Below, in pieces: positions 50,671 to 64,000 of a stretch of DNA of 64,000 nt; position 1 is the first letter of the stretch; the number at the start of each line of letters is the position of its first letter. This DNA comes from Pedobacter sp. (lineage in GTDB: Bacteria; Bacteroidota; Bacteroidia; Sphingobacteriales; Sphingobacteriaceae). Below the pieces are notes generated by a model. The model was not told the origin of the DNA. It ran no database searches and was given only the letters and a program-made list of their open reading frames with translations. The stretch is taken from the NCBI GenBank assembly GCA_037719805.1, contig JBBJLZ010000003.1; one strand, written 5' to 3'. The position numbers and the translations under genes are program-made.

Positions 50671-50688
50671 ACCCCAGCGGTTCAAAAT

Positions 50689-50722
50689 AAAAAGCCTTAG
50701 CAAGATCTGCTAAGGCTTTTTT
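50689..50722 (+). terminator. Rho-independent terminator after ftsZ
   Basis: AAAAGCCTTAGCA-agatc-TGCTAAGGCTTTTTT. Confidence 0.85.
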
Positions 50723-50786
50723 GTAACTATTGGTTATCAGACATATTAACCTTAAATTTGTCGCATTAAAACTTAATACTAGAACA

Positions 50787-52028
50787 TTGGATATTTTTGA
50801 AAAGATAGCGAAGCATATGGGCCCAATCGGGCAGCACCACAAGTGGTCACATGGATACTTCTCATTTCCGAAATTGGAGGGTGAAATAGCCCCACACATG
50901 CAGTTCAGGGGTAAAGAACATTTGGTTTGGAGCTTAAATAATTATTTGGGACTGGCAAATCATCCTGAGGTCAGAGAAGCTGATGCCCGCGGAGCTACGG
51001 AATTTGGAATGGCCTATCCAATGGGGGCCAGAATGATGTCTGGAAACTCTAAATACCATGAGCAACTGGAACAGGAACTTGCCGCTTTTGTCGGTAAACC
51101 GGATGCCTTCCTTTTAAACTTCGGTTATCAGGGAATGGTATCTATTATAGACAGTCTGGTAGATAGAAACGATGTGATCGTGTATGATGGCGAGTCTCAT
51201 GCTTGTATCATTGACGGACTGCGTTTACATATGGGTAAGCGTTTTGTTTACCAGCACAATGATATTGACAGTGCGCGCAAGCAGCTGCAGAGAGCCACCA
51301 AATTAGTTGAGCAAAGTGGTGGAGGTATTCTATTGATTACTGAGGGTGTATTTGGAATGTCAGGTGCGCAGGGAAAAATAAAAGAACTGATCGATCTTAA
51401 AAACGAATTTAATTTCAGGATTCTGATAGATGATGCACATGGTTTTGGAACAATGGGTCCGACCGGTGCTGGTACGCATGAAGAGCAGAACTGCATTGAG
51501 GGTGTGGATGTTTATTTTGGAACGTTTGCAAAATCCATGGCAGGCATTGGTGCATTTGTTGCGTCAAGTGTAGAAATCACCAATTTCTTCCGTTACAATA
51601 TGCGTTCACAGACCTTCGCAAAGGCATTGCCTATGCCGATGGTTATTGGCTTGCTGAAGCGCTTAGAATTGCTAAAGAACAATCCGGAGTTAAGAGAAAA
51701 ACTGTGGATGATAGCGACTACCCTCCAGACCGGATTAAAGGAACGGGGCTTCGATATCGGTATGACAAATACGATGGTTACACCTGTGTTCTTAAAAGGG
51801 GAACTATTGGAGGCAACCGCATTGACTATGGACTTAAGAGAGAATTACAGTATCTTCTGTTCCATTGTTGTTTATCCCGTTATCCCTAAGGGGCTAATTG
51901 AGTTAAGACTAATACCTACAGCCATGCATACTTTAGAAGATGTACAACGCACGTTAGATGCCTTTACTGAGGTTTCTGAGAAACTTCAAAACGGATACTA
52001 TAGACACAACCAGTTTCCTGTCGAATAA
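50787..52028 (+). CDS. PLP-dependent alpha-oxoamine synthase family acyltransferase (BioF/SPT fold; resembles cysteate acyltransferase SulA/CapB)
   Basis: NNYLGLANHP, HACIIDG, DDAHG and GTFAKS motifs; probable TTG start at 50787 after TAAATTTG (-7 motif) at 50753. Confidence 0.8.
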   Translation: MDIFEKIAKHMGPIGQHHKWSHGYFSFPKLEGEIAPHMQFRGKEHLVWSLNNYLGLANHPEVREADARGATEFGMAYPMGARMMSGNSKYHEQLEQELAAFVGKPDAFLLNFGYQGMVSIIDSLVDRNDVIVYDGESHACIIDGLRLHMGKRFVYQHNDIDSARKQLQRATKLVEQSGGGILLITEGVFGMSGAQGKIKELIDLKNEFNFRILIDDAHGFGTMGPTGAGTHEEQNCIEGVDVYFGTFAKSMAGIGAFVASSVEITNFFRYNMRSQTFAKALPMPMVIGLLKRLELLKNNPELREKLWMIATTLQTGLKERGFDIGMTNTMVTPVFLKGELLEATALTMDLRENYSIFCSIVVYPVIPKGLIELRLIPTAMHTLEDVQRTLDAFTEVSEKLQNGYYRHNQFPVE

Positions 52029-52032
52029 GCAT

Positions 52033-52069
52033 AAAAAAAAGGCGGTCTGAGTATCAGGCCGCCTTTTTT
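52033..52069. terminator. Bidirectional terminator between the acyltransferase and dapA
   Basis: A8-GGCGGTCTGA-gta-TCAGGCCGCC-T6. Confidence 0.85.
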
Positions 52070-52082
52070 CTTTAAAAGTATA

Positions 52083-52964
52083 TTAGTTTTTTATTCTATT
52101 ACATTCCGTTATAATTTCGCTTGAAAGCTGCGCTGAGACTTTTACCAACGGTAGTCTCAAATGGTCTTCGCACACTCCAAAGTGTTTTAATGCTGCTTTA
52201 GCACCTGCCGGGTTGCCTTCTAAAAACATAAGCCTTGTGAATTCAATTAGGTTGAGGTGCAAGGGCAAAGCTGCGTTATAATCTCCCTGAAGACAAAGAC
52301 GGACCATATCAGACAGTTGCTTTGGTAAGGCATTCCCGATCACGGAAATTACCCCTACAGCTCCCAGTGAGATCATAGGCAATGCTACCGGGTCATCGCC
52401 AGAGATCAACAGGAAATCTTTAGGCTTGTCCCGCATAATTTGATTAAACTGATCAAAGCTACCTGATGCTTCTTTCATCCCAATAATGTTCTTGCAATCG
52501 GTTGCCAATCTGCAGGTCGTATCAGAAGTCATGTTGCTACCAGTTCTTCCAGGTACGTTATAAAGAAATAGTGGAAGTTCTGAAGACTCGCTTAAATACT
52601 TATAATGTTGATAGATACCCTCTTGTGTTGGCTTGTTGTAGTATGGGCTTGCAGAAAGAATCGCGTCATAGCCGGTGATGTCAAATTCCTTTATTTCTTT
52701 AGCAACCGCAAGCGTATCATTACCGCCAATGCCGGCTACTAATGGTAAGCGGCCGTTGTTTATTTCTGCTGTAAACTCCCAAATCTTTTTCTTTTCATCC
52801 TTATTAAGGGTTGACGCTTCTCCTGTAGTACCAAGGGATATCAGGTACTCTACTTTCCCGTCGACAAGATAGTTGATCAGATTGCTCAACCCGTCAAAAT
52901 CTACCGATCCATCTGCCTTAAATGGGGTAACCAACGCTACACCCGTTCCATGAAATTTGTTCAT
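52083..52964 (-). CDS. dapA: 4-hydroxy-tetrahydrodipicolinate synthase
   Basis: GTTGE, YNVPGRT and GMKEASG motifs. Confidence 0.95.
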   Translation of the reverse strand: MNKFHGTGVALVTPFKADGSVDFDGLSNLINYLVDGKVEYLISLGTTGEASTLNKDEKKKIWEFTAEINNGRLPLVAGIGGNDTLAVAKEIKEFDITGYDAILSASPYYNKPTQEGIYQHYKYLSESSELPLFLYNVPGRTGSNMTSDTTCRLATDCKNIIGMKEASGSFDQFNQIMRDKPKDFLLISGDDPVALPMISLGAVGVISVIGNALPKQLSDMVRLCLQGDYNAALPLHLNLIEFTRLMFLEGNPAGAKAALKHFGVCEDHLRLPLVKVSAQLSSEIITECNRIKN

Positions 52965-52973
52965 TTTATTTTA

Positions 52974-55684
<2,711 letters not shown>

Positions 55685-55750
55685 TATTTAAAAGTAGCGA
55701 TTTTTATTGGTTAAGGATGCTTTTCCTATATTTGGCGAAAAGTAAATACA

Positions 55751-57037
55751 ATGACTAATTTTGTTGAAGAGCTACGCTGGCGCGGTATGTTGCAGGATAT
55801 TATGCCTGGAACAGAAGATAAATTGAACGAAGGCATGACAGCCGGGTATATTGGATTTGATCCCACAGCAGACTCTCTACATGTTGGTCACCTTACTCAG
55901 ATTATGACTTTAATTCACTTCCAAAGAGCAGGGCATAAGCCTTTTGCTTTGGTTGGTGGTGCGACTGGTATGGTTGGTGATCCCTCCGGGAAATCAGCAG
56001 AACGAAACCTGCAAACTGAAGAAATGGTGGAGCATAATCTGAACGAGCTAAGAAAACAACTCAGCAGGTTTTTAACGTTTGAGGATGCCGGTAACGGAGC
56101 CGTTATGATCAATAATGCTGACTGGTTTAAGGACATGACTCTTTTCACCTTTATCCGTGACATTGGTAAGCACATCACAGTAAATTACATGATGGCTAAG
56201 GACAGTGTTAAAAAGAGGCTGGAAGGTGATTCTGGTTTATCCTTTACTGAGTTTTGCTATCAGTTGATACAAGGTTATGACTTCTATTACTTATGGAAAC
56301 ACCACAAATGCCTAATCCAGATGGGCGGCTCTGACCAGTGGGGAAACATTGTTACCGGCACAGAGTTGATTAGAAGAAAGGATGCTGGAACAGCCTACGC
56401 CCTTACTACTCAATTGATCAAGAAAGCAGACGGCACCAAGTTCGGTAAGACTGAAAGCGGTGCAGTATGGCTTGATGCGGTCAAAACTTCTCCTTACAAA
56501 TTCTACCAATTCTGGTTGAATGCCTCAGATGATGATACTAAAAAATGGATCAGAATATTTACATTAAAGAGTCAGCAAGAAATAGAAGCGTTGGAGGCTA
56601 TGCACAATGAAGCACCACATCAGCGCAGTTTACAGAAAGCACTGGCAGAAGATATAACGGTAAGAACACATTCTGAAGAAGCTTTACAGACAGCTATTAA
56701 AACTTCAGAGTTTTTATTTGGCAACGGCTCTTTGGATTTCTTTAAGACCTTAAATGATGAGCAGGTTTTAGAGATCTTTGAAGGTATTCCTCAGTTTGAA
56801 GTTGCTACAGCTGAATTGGCTGAAGGCTTAGATGCAGCCACACTGCTTGCCGAGAAGTCGGCAGTGTTCGCGTCGAAAGGGGAGGCTAAAAAGCTGATTC
56901 AGGCAGGTGGTGTTTCGATCAATAGAGAAAAGCTTGCTAGTCCTTCGGATGTGATTACTTCCGCGAGTTTACTGAATGATAAATTTATTATTGCTCAGAA
57001 AGGCAAGAAAAATTACTATTTAATTATTGCAGTTTAG
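55751..57037 (+). CDS. tyrS: Tyrosine--tRNA ligase
   Basis: [21 protein letters not shown] and KFGKT motifs; S4-like C-terminus. Confidence 0.97.
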   Translation: MTNFVEELRWRGMLQDIMPGTEDKLNEGMTAGYIGFDPTADSLHVGHLTQIMTLIHFQRAGHKPFALVGGATGMVGDPSGKSAERNLQTEEMVEHNLNELRKQLSRFLTFEDAGNGAVMINNADWFKDMTLFTFIRDIGKHITVNYMMAKDSVKKRLEGDSGLSFTEFCYQLIQGYDFYYLWKHHKCLIQMGGSDQWGNIVTGTELIRRKDAGTAYALTTQLIKKADGTKFGKTESGAVWLDAVKTSPYKFYQFWLNASDDDTKKWIRIFTLKSQQEIEALEAMHNEAPHQRSLQKALAEDITVRTHSEEALQTAIKTSEFLFGNGSLDFFKTLNDEQVLEIFEGIPQFEVATAELAEGLDAATLLAEKSAVFASKGEAKKLIQAGGVSINREKLASPSDVITSASLLNDKFIIAQKGKKNYYLIIAV

Positions 57038-58020
57038 CTGATCAGCAGGTTGCAGCCACGAATGTCAGCGTTATCAAACCGGCCGAGCACTTCAAAGGAC
57101 CCATCTGGATACACCCGGCCAAGGTCTTGAGTTGCAATGAAGGAACAGGAGTTGATATTTGCCAGGTCGATGACGTTTATGCCGCCGGTTTTGTGCTTTT
57201 CGGCTGCTGATAAAGGATCATTTGTATCCCTTAAGGTGATCTTCATCCAGGGTGGACAATTGAAGATGCCCTCTCCTTTGGAGTAACCTTGCGAAAGCAG
57301 CTCGGTCATGCCATACTCACTATGAATTGCAGTAACGCCGAAGCCTGTCGTTAATATCTCATGGAGCTCTTCGCGAACCATTTCTTTGCGTTTGCCTTTC
57401 ATGCCGCCGGTTTCCATAACAATTAACTCAGGAAAATTTAGATGGTAACTCTCCACGAAGTCAAGCAGCGCATAGGTTACCCCAATAAGGAGCGTTTTCT
57501 GACCCGCTTGTTGCAGCGCTTCCAAGTTGTTTTTTAAATCATCATGATTGTGCAAGAAGTAACCACTTTGAGGATGGCCGCTATCTTTTATCAGTTCGTC
57601 AATCATGTAAATTAGCGATGAGCCGTCACGTTCCAGGTAGGAGGGTAACAATGCTAAGATGCATATCTCGGAAACGGGACCGTAGAATAGCTCAAAAGCA
57701 TTTTTAAAGCTTTGCTCATAAATTGCAACGTCTGTGACAAAGTGTTTGCTTTGGGACATCCCTGTGGTTCCTGAGCTACTAAAGGTGATCTGAGGCGTTG
57801 AAGACAGGTCGCTTAAAACGTCGTGCGACTTAAAAAAGGCTATGGGAAGATAGGGCACTTGTTTTAACGACCCGATACTGGAAGGTTCAATGCGCAAATT
57901 CCTGATATAATCCCGGTATACTGCACAGTGCTCGGCTTGATGGCGAAAGACTGCCAGGCCAACCCTTTCAAAGTCTTCATTGTCTAAAATCGAAAATACT
58001 TGATCTGCTAACTCGTTCAC
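57034..58020 (-). CDS. LuxE-like acyl-protein synthetase/acyl transferase
   Basis: [24 protein letters not shown] and RGCN motifs. Confidence 0.85.
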   Translation of the reverse strand: MNELADQVFSILDNEDFERVGLAVFRHQAEHCAVYRDYIRNLRIEPSSIGSLKQVPYLPIAFFKSHDVLSDLSSTPQITFSSSGTTGMSQSKHFVTDVAIYEQSFKNAFELFYGPVSEICILALLPSYLERDGSSLIYMIDELIKDSGHPQSGYFLHNHDDLKNNLEALQQAGQKTLLIGVTYALLDFVESYHLNFPELIVMETGGMKGKRKEMVREELHEILTTGFGVTAIHSEYGMTELLSQGYSKGEGIFNCPPWMKITLRDTNDPLSAAEKHKTGGINVIDLANINSCSFIATQDLGRVYPDGSFEVLGRFDNADIRGCNLLIS

Positions 58021-58047
58021 CTTGCAAAAATACGTAACAACTTGTAA

Positions 58048-58398
58048 TTAGGAAGTCGATTTGTTGCTAAGTACGGCTTTTCTAAAATGGTAGCCACAGA
58101 ACCCGCTTACACCTGCTACAAATGCACCCAATACTGCACTTAAAACCAGCACCAGCCACCAGGCTTTTACGCGGAGCATTTCGCCAACCCGTGAAGCCAG
58201 TAAGTGTTCATTGGGAATACTCTTATATAGCGCCATTGCTGTCCATAATAATAAGATTGCAAAGAAAGGTGACCACAAGGATATTTTGCCTGTTTTACCG
58301 ATTAAACCGCAAGTTGCGAAGGAGATGAGGACGATTACCCACCAAGGTAAAACCAATTGCAATAAGAACGCTGCGATGATGACTACGAGGAATACCAT
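58048..58398 (-). CDS. Hypothetical membrane protein
   Basis: Hydrophobic 116-aa ORF co-oriented between the acylase and LuxE-like genes. Confidence 0.7.
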   Translation of the reverse strand: MVFLVVIIAAFLLQLVLPWWVIVLISFATCGLIGKTGKISLWSPFFAILLLWTAMALYKSIPNEHLLASRVGEMLRVKAWWLVLVLSAVLGAFVAGVSGFCGYHFRKAVLSNKSTS

Positions 58399-58402
58399 AT
58401 TA

Positions 58403-60838
58403 CTATTTTTTAGAAATCTTAAGGTTTGAGATTATTTTAGCGGAGGGGTCATCCGGGCTTTGCATAAAATACAGATCATATAGCTCGCCATTTGCCCAGG
58501 TATCAATCATATTGTCGTAGTACTTACTACCGGGATTGCCTGATTGTCCACCCGGAAACACACCATGACCTTTCGGTGTCTTGCCTAATTCAATAACCAT
58601 TCGCCATGAGGGTCCATTTGTTTCACTCTGAGCATTTATAGTCATTTTACCACCGCCAGTTAATAAGCTCTTAGATCCGAAACCCGGTATTTTAGCCAGG
58701 TGAGGTACGTTTGTATGCTTAACATTTGCCCATTCCCAGGATTTACCAATCGGTCCATACGTTTCTTCGAGACTGTTGCAAGCCCACTTAAAGGATTCAT
58801 TAACCAAATCGCTAAGCGTCTCCTTAGCTGAAGTGTTAACGTTGTCAATCCAGCGCGACTTGGGTTCATTCAATATCAAATGAAGTGTCCTGTCTCTCGA
58901 AGGATAACGCATAGGCACGTTCTCTACTGTAAATTCATCATCCCAGATACTAAATATTAGCCTTTTATTCCAAAGGTCGAAAACACTAGCTCCAATTGAT
59001 TCAGCATCATAATATTTATTCCAGTCTGCCACTTTGGACAGCGCTTCTTGTTCGGTTGCATTTAGGCTTGCCTTGTTTACGTTGGCTACGAAAGTGGATA
59101 CCACGTTTTGAGCAAAGATGCTGTAGTTGTCGGTTTGCATTAACCTGATACTATCTGCTGTTGCGCCTTTCATTGCGGTAAGGCGGTCGTTAATGCGTTT
59201 CCCACGTTCGTAAGGGGCAAACTCCCAATTGATATAATAGGGATAGCTCTGATTAGTAGAGGATTGGTTAGCTGAGCTTACGAATTGTCTTGGAGGGTTT
59301 TTTACCGTTGGATTTTGAGCCGCTGGTATCCATCCCTGCCAGTCGGTTTTAGGATCTGTGCCATCTAATATGAACTTACCCTGGTCTTTGTACTTTAACG
59401 GGAGACGACCATTTGCGGTAATGGCGATATCATTTTCTGAAGAAGCAAAGATGAAGTTCTGGGCTGGTGCGGAATAATAGGTCAGTGCTTTGCGGTAATC
59501 TGCATAGTTTTTTCCCCTATTCATGAGGTAAAACGTTTTTAACTCATTCGACTCATCATGTGCAATCCAGCGAAGCGCGTTGCCTGTTGGCACGTTCGTA
59601 GACTTGCTAAAATTCTCCGGTTTTTGGGTGTAAACTACCGGGCCGTGATGGGTATAGAATACGGTGTCTGTCTCTGTTCCACCACCTCGCACAACAATCT
59701 TCTCATAACGTACTTTAGTATCATTCCATTTGTTGTTATACCAATAGCTTTTATGAGAATTGTCTTTGAATTTTATTTGATAGAAATCCAAAACGTCAGC
59801 AGCTACGTTTGTGACGCCCCAGGCGGTGTTCTGGTTGAATCCGATAACGATCCCCGGGGCACCCGGCAGCGAAACGCCATAAGCGTTTATTCCCGGTGCA
59901 TTAAGCTGGATCTGGTACCAGATAGACGGAAGTGACAGATCCAGATGTGGGTCATTAGCCAATATTGGAGAACCAGAAGCAGTTTTTTGACCAGACAAGG
60001 CCCAGTTGTTGCTACCGATACCTTCCTCAAGTTCTTTGGTTATAACATTTTTAACGGTCTCTTCTGCGAATGGCTGCGGCGCTTGTGGGATAGGCAGCGG
60101 GTTGAAGTCCCATTTTGTTCCTGCCGGGATAATCGGGTCCTCCTTAAAAGGGTAGTCTGGAAATAGATCCTTAAGTACCTCAGTACCAAATTTCTTTCTG
60201 ATGTTGGTCATGTAGAATTCATTCGAACCCATGGCAAGAACAGCCGACATCTGTTTTAATAGTAAGGCACATTTGATTGGAGTCCAGTCTTCTGGCTTGA
60301 AATCCAGGAGCTTGTATTCTAACGGAAGTTTTGAAGCCGATAGAGAATGGATGTATGCATTAATACCTGCCGTGTAAGCAAGTACCATTTCTTTAGACTG
60401 GGGATCAGCCATCATCCCTTTCAAAGAATTTTCTGCGCCATAAACCATCCCCATCCGACGTTGATAACGATCCAGTTCGATTGCTTTCTTACCGACAACC
60501 TCAGATAGTCTTCCCGCAGCATATCTCGTTTGGAAATCCATTTGCCAAAGTCGATGCATAGCGGTAATGTACCCTTGTGCATAATATAGATCATGATCAT
60601 TCTTTGCAAAGACATGTGGGATCATGCGGTCGTCAAAAGCAATTTGAACGTCTTGCCTGGTATCCTTTAAGACAACTTGACTGTTCTTGTGGGCAGTAAG
60701 TCTTTCGGCATTTTGCCAGAATCCTGAAAAGGGGTTTAGAAACTTTAGGAGAGGAGGCGCATCACCGAACTTAGTATTGAGAGAAAAGGCTAATAAAACA
60801 GGTATTACAATGGTTATGATGGCTTTTATTTTATTCAT
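58403..60838 (-). CDS. Penicillin acylase family (Ntn-hydrolase) protein
   Basis: GSNNWA beta-chain start, ANDPHL, SANQ and PGGQSG motifs. Confidence 0.93.
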   Translation of the reverse strand: MNKIKAIITIVIPVLLAFSLNTKFGDAPPLLKFLNPFSGFWQNAERLTAHKNSQVVLKDTRQDVQIAFDDRMIPHVFAKNDHDLYYAQGYITAMHRLWQMDFQTRYAAGRLSEVVGKKAIELDRYQRRMGMVYGAENSLKGMMADPQSKEMVLAYTAGINAYIHSLSASKLPLEYKLLDFKPEDWTPIKCALLLKQMSAVLAMGSNEFYMTNIRKKFGTEVLKDLFPDYPFKEDPIIPAGTKWDFNPLPIPQAPQPFAEETVKNVITKELEEGIGSNNWALSGQKTASGSPILANDPHLDLSLPSIWYQIQLNAPGINAYGVSLPGAPGIVIGFNQNTAWGVTNVAADVLDFYQIKFKDNSHKSYWYNNKWNDTKVRYEKIVVRGGGTETDTVFYTHHGPVVYTQKPENFSKSTNVPTGNALRWIAHDESNELKTFYLMNRGKNYADYRKALTYYSAPAQNFIFASSENDIAITANGRLPLKYKDQGKFILDGTDPKTDWQGWIPAAQNPTVKNPPRQFVSSANQSSTNQSYPYYINWEFAPYERGKRINDRLTAMKGATADSIRLMQTDNYSIFAQNVVSTFVANVNKASLNATEQEALSKVADWNKYYDAESIGASVFDLWNKRLIFSIWDDEFTVENVPMRYPSRDRTLHLILNEPKSRWIDNVNTSAKETLSDLVNESFKWACNSLEETYGPIGKSWEWANVKHTNVPHLAKIPGFGSKSLLTGGGKMTINAQSETNGPSWRMVIELGKTPKGHGVFPGGQSGNPGSKYYDNMIDTWANGELYDLYFMQSPDDPSAKIISNLKISKK

Positions 60839-61022
60839 TGTTGCTAAATTAAGTGCTTTGCCAAGATCAGTAGGTAAGGAATTCGGTCTTGCAATTTACT
60901 ATAAAACTTATAGTTTTTAAATATTTTGAATCCATGTAAATAATAATAAGCGTTAGTCAATTTGCATAATTGATTATTTGTTTTAGATTTAGAATTTAAT
61001 TAACCATTTATATTCATCCGGT

Positions 61023-63902
61023 ATGATAAAAACGTTTACCAAAGCCTTTTTTACGCTTCTATTTTTGTGTTTTACAATGGTAATAGCACAAGCACAAAGT
61101 GTAACAATAAGTGGAACAGTCAGGGACAAAGCCACGAATTTACCGATGCCTGGCGTAGGCATAACTGTCAAGGGTAAAGTGACAGGTACTGCTACTAATA
61201 ATCAAGGCAGATACGCACTAACAACGACAGAAAAAACTCCTTTTACACTCGTCATCACCTACGTTGGTTTTACTCAAATTGAGAAAGAGGTTAGTGGTAG
61301 CGCTTCAAATGTAGACTTCCAGTTGGAGTCTGCTACCATTCTGGGGCAGGAGGTAGTTGTATCTGCTTCGCGTACTCCTGAACGGATTCTGGAATCACCT
61401 GTTTCGATCGAGCGAATGGGCCAGGCTACGTTAAGGGAACTCCCTGTACCGTCCTTCTATGATGCCTTAACTAACATGAAAGGTGTGGAGGTAAGTGCTC
61501 AAAGTTTGACTTTTAAATCAGTAAATACAAGGGGCTTCAACTCCAATGGAAATACTCGTTTTAACCAGTATGTTGACGGAATGGACAACCAGGCTCCTGG
61601 CTTGAATTTTTCCGTTGGGAATATTATAGGTTTAAATGATCTTGATGTAGATAATGTGGAACTGTTACCAGGTGCATCCTCTGCGTTATATGGTGCCGGA
61701 GGTATTAATGGGACAATGCTAATGAACTCTAAAAACCCATTTGCCTATCAGGGTGCAAGCTTCCAGGTTAAAACAGGGATCAATCATGTAAATGATGACA
61801 ACACGGGGAATCAGGAGTATAAACAATTCGACGTTCGTATGGCTAAAGCCTGGAACAACAGATTTGCTATAAAAGGAACCTTCTCGTTCCTACAAGCTAA
61901 AGATTGGCAAGCAAGCAACTACGATAACTTTGATAGGAATGCGCGCACGTTCAAAGCTGGTAACAGACAAACAGATCCTAATTACGACGGTGTAAACGTT
62001 TACGGCGATGAGACAAATATCAATCTAAGAACGGTAGCATTAGGTCTTGCGAGCGGGTTTGCTACAGCCTCGCCTGCTGGCTTCGCAGCGTTTAACCAGT
62101 TGATCGGATCGGGTGCCACTTACCCTCAACTGGCAGCTATTGTTGGTGGAAACCCAAATTTGCGCCCTGCACTTCCTTATCTTCCAGTTCTGTACAGCTT
62201 GGCGAAAGGAACTACGCCTTCTCAAGATGTATCAAGAACAGGTTACAATGAAGTGAATCTGGTTGACTATGATACACAATCTTTGAAAGCATCTGGTGCG
62301 ATGCACTACAAACTCACTTCTACCATAGAAGCAATCGCTCACGCAAGCTGGGGAACGGGAACTTCGGTTTACACCGGTTCCGATCGTTACTCTTTAAAGA
62401 ACTTTAGTATCGGACAATACAAACTAGAGCTGAAAGGCGAAGACTTCTTCGTAAGAGGCTATACTACTCAAGAACGTTCAGGTGATTCGTATATCTCGTC
62501 TATCCTTGGCTCATTCATAAACGAGGCCTATCGCCCGAGTGCTGGTCCTGCTAATAACCCTACATCGGGTTGGTTTGCTCAGTATGCATTGGCTTATTCT
62601 AATGCGCGTGCGCAAGGTGCTGATGAGGCGACTTCACACAACACTGCTCGCGGTTTTGCGGATCAAGGTCGCCTGGTACCAGGTACTCCTCAATTCGAGA
62701 ATGTGAAAAATGGTATCATTAACAGTACTATTTCTTCTGGCGCAGGTGCTAAATTCGATGATAAAACCAACCTTTATCATTATGAAGGATTGTATAACTT
62801 CTCAAACGCTCTAAATAATGTCGTAGATTTTCAAGTTGGAGGATCTTACCGATTGTATCAATTAAGGTCAGGCGGTACCATCTTCGATGATTTAAATAAC
62901 GAAATCAACATCAGAGAATACGGCGCTTTTGCGCAGGTAGGCAAAAAGTTGTTTGAGGACAAATTGAAATTAACCGTTGCAGGGAGGTATGACAAGAACG
63001 ACAACTTTAAAGGTCGCTTTACTCCAAGAGTAACTGGTGTGTTTACAGTAGCTCCTAATAACAACATTCGCGTTTCCTATCAAACAGGTTACCGTAATCC
63101 GACAACACAAAACCAATACATTGACTTATCAGTTGCCGGCGGTCGCCAGCGTTTAATTGGTGGTTTGCCCGGCAGTTTGAATAAGTATGGCTTATTGACT
63201 GATAACATTGCATTTACTGATGTAAGTTACAGAGCTTTCCAATCTTCGGTTGCCACCGGTACGCCTAATTTTGCGCTATTACAACAATATAAATTTGATC
63301 CTGAAGGAGTAAAACCCGAAAGTGTACAAGCTTATGAGATCGGATACAAAGGTTTGCTGGGAGGCAATCTGTTGATCGATGCTTATGGTTATTATAACAA
63401 GTACAAAAACTTCATTACTGCAGTTGACGTTTACCAACGAAACGGTACTGATTTTCCAAAATTCGGTGTTCCCGTAAACGCTGAGGGTGAAGTAACCTCA
63501 TATGGTGCTGCATTTGGACTGGACTACAGAATCTCGAACTACAATTTAAGCGGTAACGTTTCCTACAATGAGATCGGTGATCTGCCTACAACTTACATCA
63601 ATGATTTTAATACACCTACAGTGCGTTATAACCTTGGATTAGGTAATAGCGAGATTGTTAAAAATGTAGGTTTCAATGTTAACTACCGCTGGCAAGATGC
63701 TTTCTATTGGAACTCTTCCTTCTCTTCTGGAGACGTTCCTGCCTTTGGAACAGTGGATGCTCAGATCAACCTGAAAATACCTTCAGTTAAAACAATGCTT
63801 AAGCTAGGTGGATCGAACATACTTAACAAATACTACTATACTTCTTACGGTAACCCTTCTGTAGGGGCACTGTATTACGTTGGCCTCACTTTCAACCCTT
63901 AG
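61023..63902 (+). CDS. TonB-dependent receptor with N-terminal CarboxypepD_reg-like domain
   Basis: Signal peptide, VVVSASR, plug RGFN and ALYG motifs, C-terminal aromatic (YYVGLTFNP). Confidence 0.92.
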   Translation: MIKTFTKAFFTLLFLCFTMVIAQAQSVTISGTVRDKATNLPMPGVGITVKGKVTGTATNNQGRYALTTTEKTPFTLVITYVGFTQIEKEVSGSASNVDFQLESATILGQEVVVSASRTPERILESPVSIERMGQATLRELPVPSFYDALTNMKGVEVSAQSLTFKSVNTRGFNSNGNTRFNQYVDGMDNQAPGLNFSVGNIIGLNDLDVDNVELLPGASSALYGAGGINGTMLMNSKNPFAYQGASFQVKTGINHVNDDNTGNQEYKQFDVRMAKAWNNRFAIKGTFSFLQAKDWQASNYDNFDRNARTFKAGNRQTDPNYDGVNVYGDETNINLRTVALGLASGFATASPAGFAAFNQLIGSGATYPQLAAIVGGNPNLRPALPYLPVLYSLAKGTTPSQDVSRTGYNEVNLVDYDTQSLKASGAMHYKLTSTIEAIAHASWGTGTSVYTGSDRYSLKNFSIGQYKLELKGEDFFVRGYTTQERSGDSYISSILGSFINEAYRPSAGPANNPTSGWFAQYALAYSNARAQGADEATSHNTARGFADQGRLVPGTPQFENVKNGIINSTISSGAGAKFDDKTNLYHYEGLYNFSNALNNVVDFQVGGSYRLYQLRSGGTIFDDLNNEINIREYGAFAQVGKKLFEDKLKLTVAGRYDKNDNFKGRFTPRVTGVFTVAPNNNIRVSYQTGYRNPTTQNQYIDLSVAGGRQRLIGGLPGSLNKYGLLTDNIAFTDVSYRAFQSSVATGTPNFALLQQYKFDPEGVKPESVQAYEIGYKGLLGGNLLIDAYGYYNKYKNFITAVDVYQRNGTDFPKFGVPVNAEGEVTSYGAAFGLDYRISNYNLSGNVSYNEIGDLPTTYINDFNTPTVRYNLGLGNSEIVKNVGFNVNYRWQDAFYWNSSFSSGDVPAFGTVDAQINLKIPSVKTMLKLGGSNILNKYYYTSYGNPSVGALYYVGLTFNP

Positions 63903-63919
63903 GTTGATTAAATGATATT

Positions 63920-63951
63920 GAAAGGCTCTGGCGCAATCGTCAGGGCCTTTC
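63920..63951 (+). terminator. Hairpin/terminator after the receptor
   Basis: GAAAGGCTCTG...CAGGGCCTTTC. Confidence 0.65.
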
Positions 63952-64000
63952 TTGTATAAAAAGGTTAATCTTTCGATATTCCTTTGGTATTACTGGAAAT

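Noticed and set aside
57034-58020. Bioluminescence (lux) locus
   Set aside because: A lone LuxE-like gene without luxA, luxB, luxC or luxD in the window; such genes are common in Bacteroidota.

Overview
Bacteroidota DNA, most likely Sphingobacteriaceae/Pedobacter-like judging from gene content, in two clear parts. (1) Positions 1 to ~32.2 kb are an AT-rich accessory region. It holds an ECF-sigma/FecR/SusC locus whose SusC is broken by one in-frame TGA, phosphate/lipid enzymes, two RRM proteins, secreted peptidases, TlpA proteins, an Abi/HEPN-type defence gene, IS1182 and IS3 copies with recognisable ends and target duplications, a LytS/LytTR two-component pair, a sirtuin, and a LytTR/HTH/DUF6266/membrane/CHAP module. 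(2) Positions ~32.2-64 kb are intact core genes: gap-pgk, the dcw cluster mraZ..ftsZ, a PLP acyltransferase, dapA, ligA, tyrS, a LuxE-like gene, a penicillin acylase family gene and a TonB-dependent receptor. The most striking unexplained signal is a family of ~17 full or partial, co-oriented 75-105 bp elements between 9.4 and 28.1 kb. Each has the layout box TGTCTCAAAAAACGAAGG / imperfect palindrome TTTTCTTTTAGCTGTA-N15-18-TACGGCAAAGAGAAAA / second box. They separate nearly every 1-3 gene module and pile up gene-free at 23.6-24.2 kb, which suggests an undescribed cassette-like site-specific recombination system; no recombinase is visible in the window. Other notable items are a T-loop-containing structured RNA candidate at 5.1 kb and a possible membrane-LytTR to HTH to DUF6266/lysis cascade at 29-32 kb. 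All family calls are from motif recognition and memory; no database searches were run.
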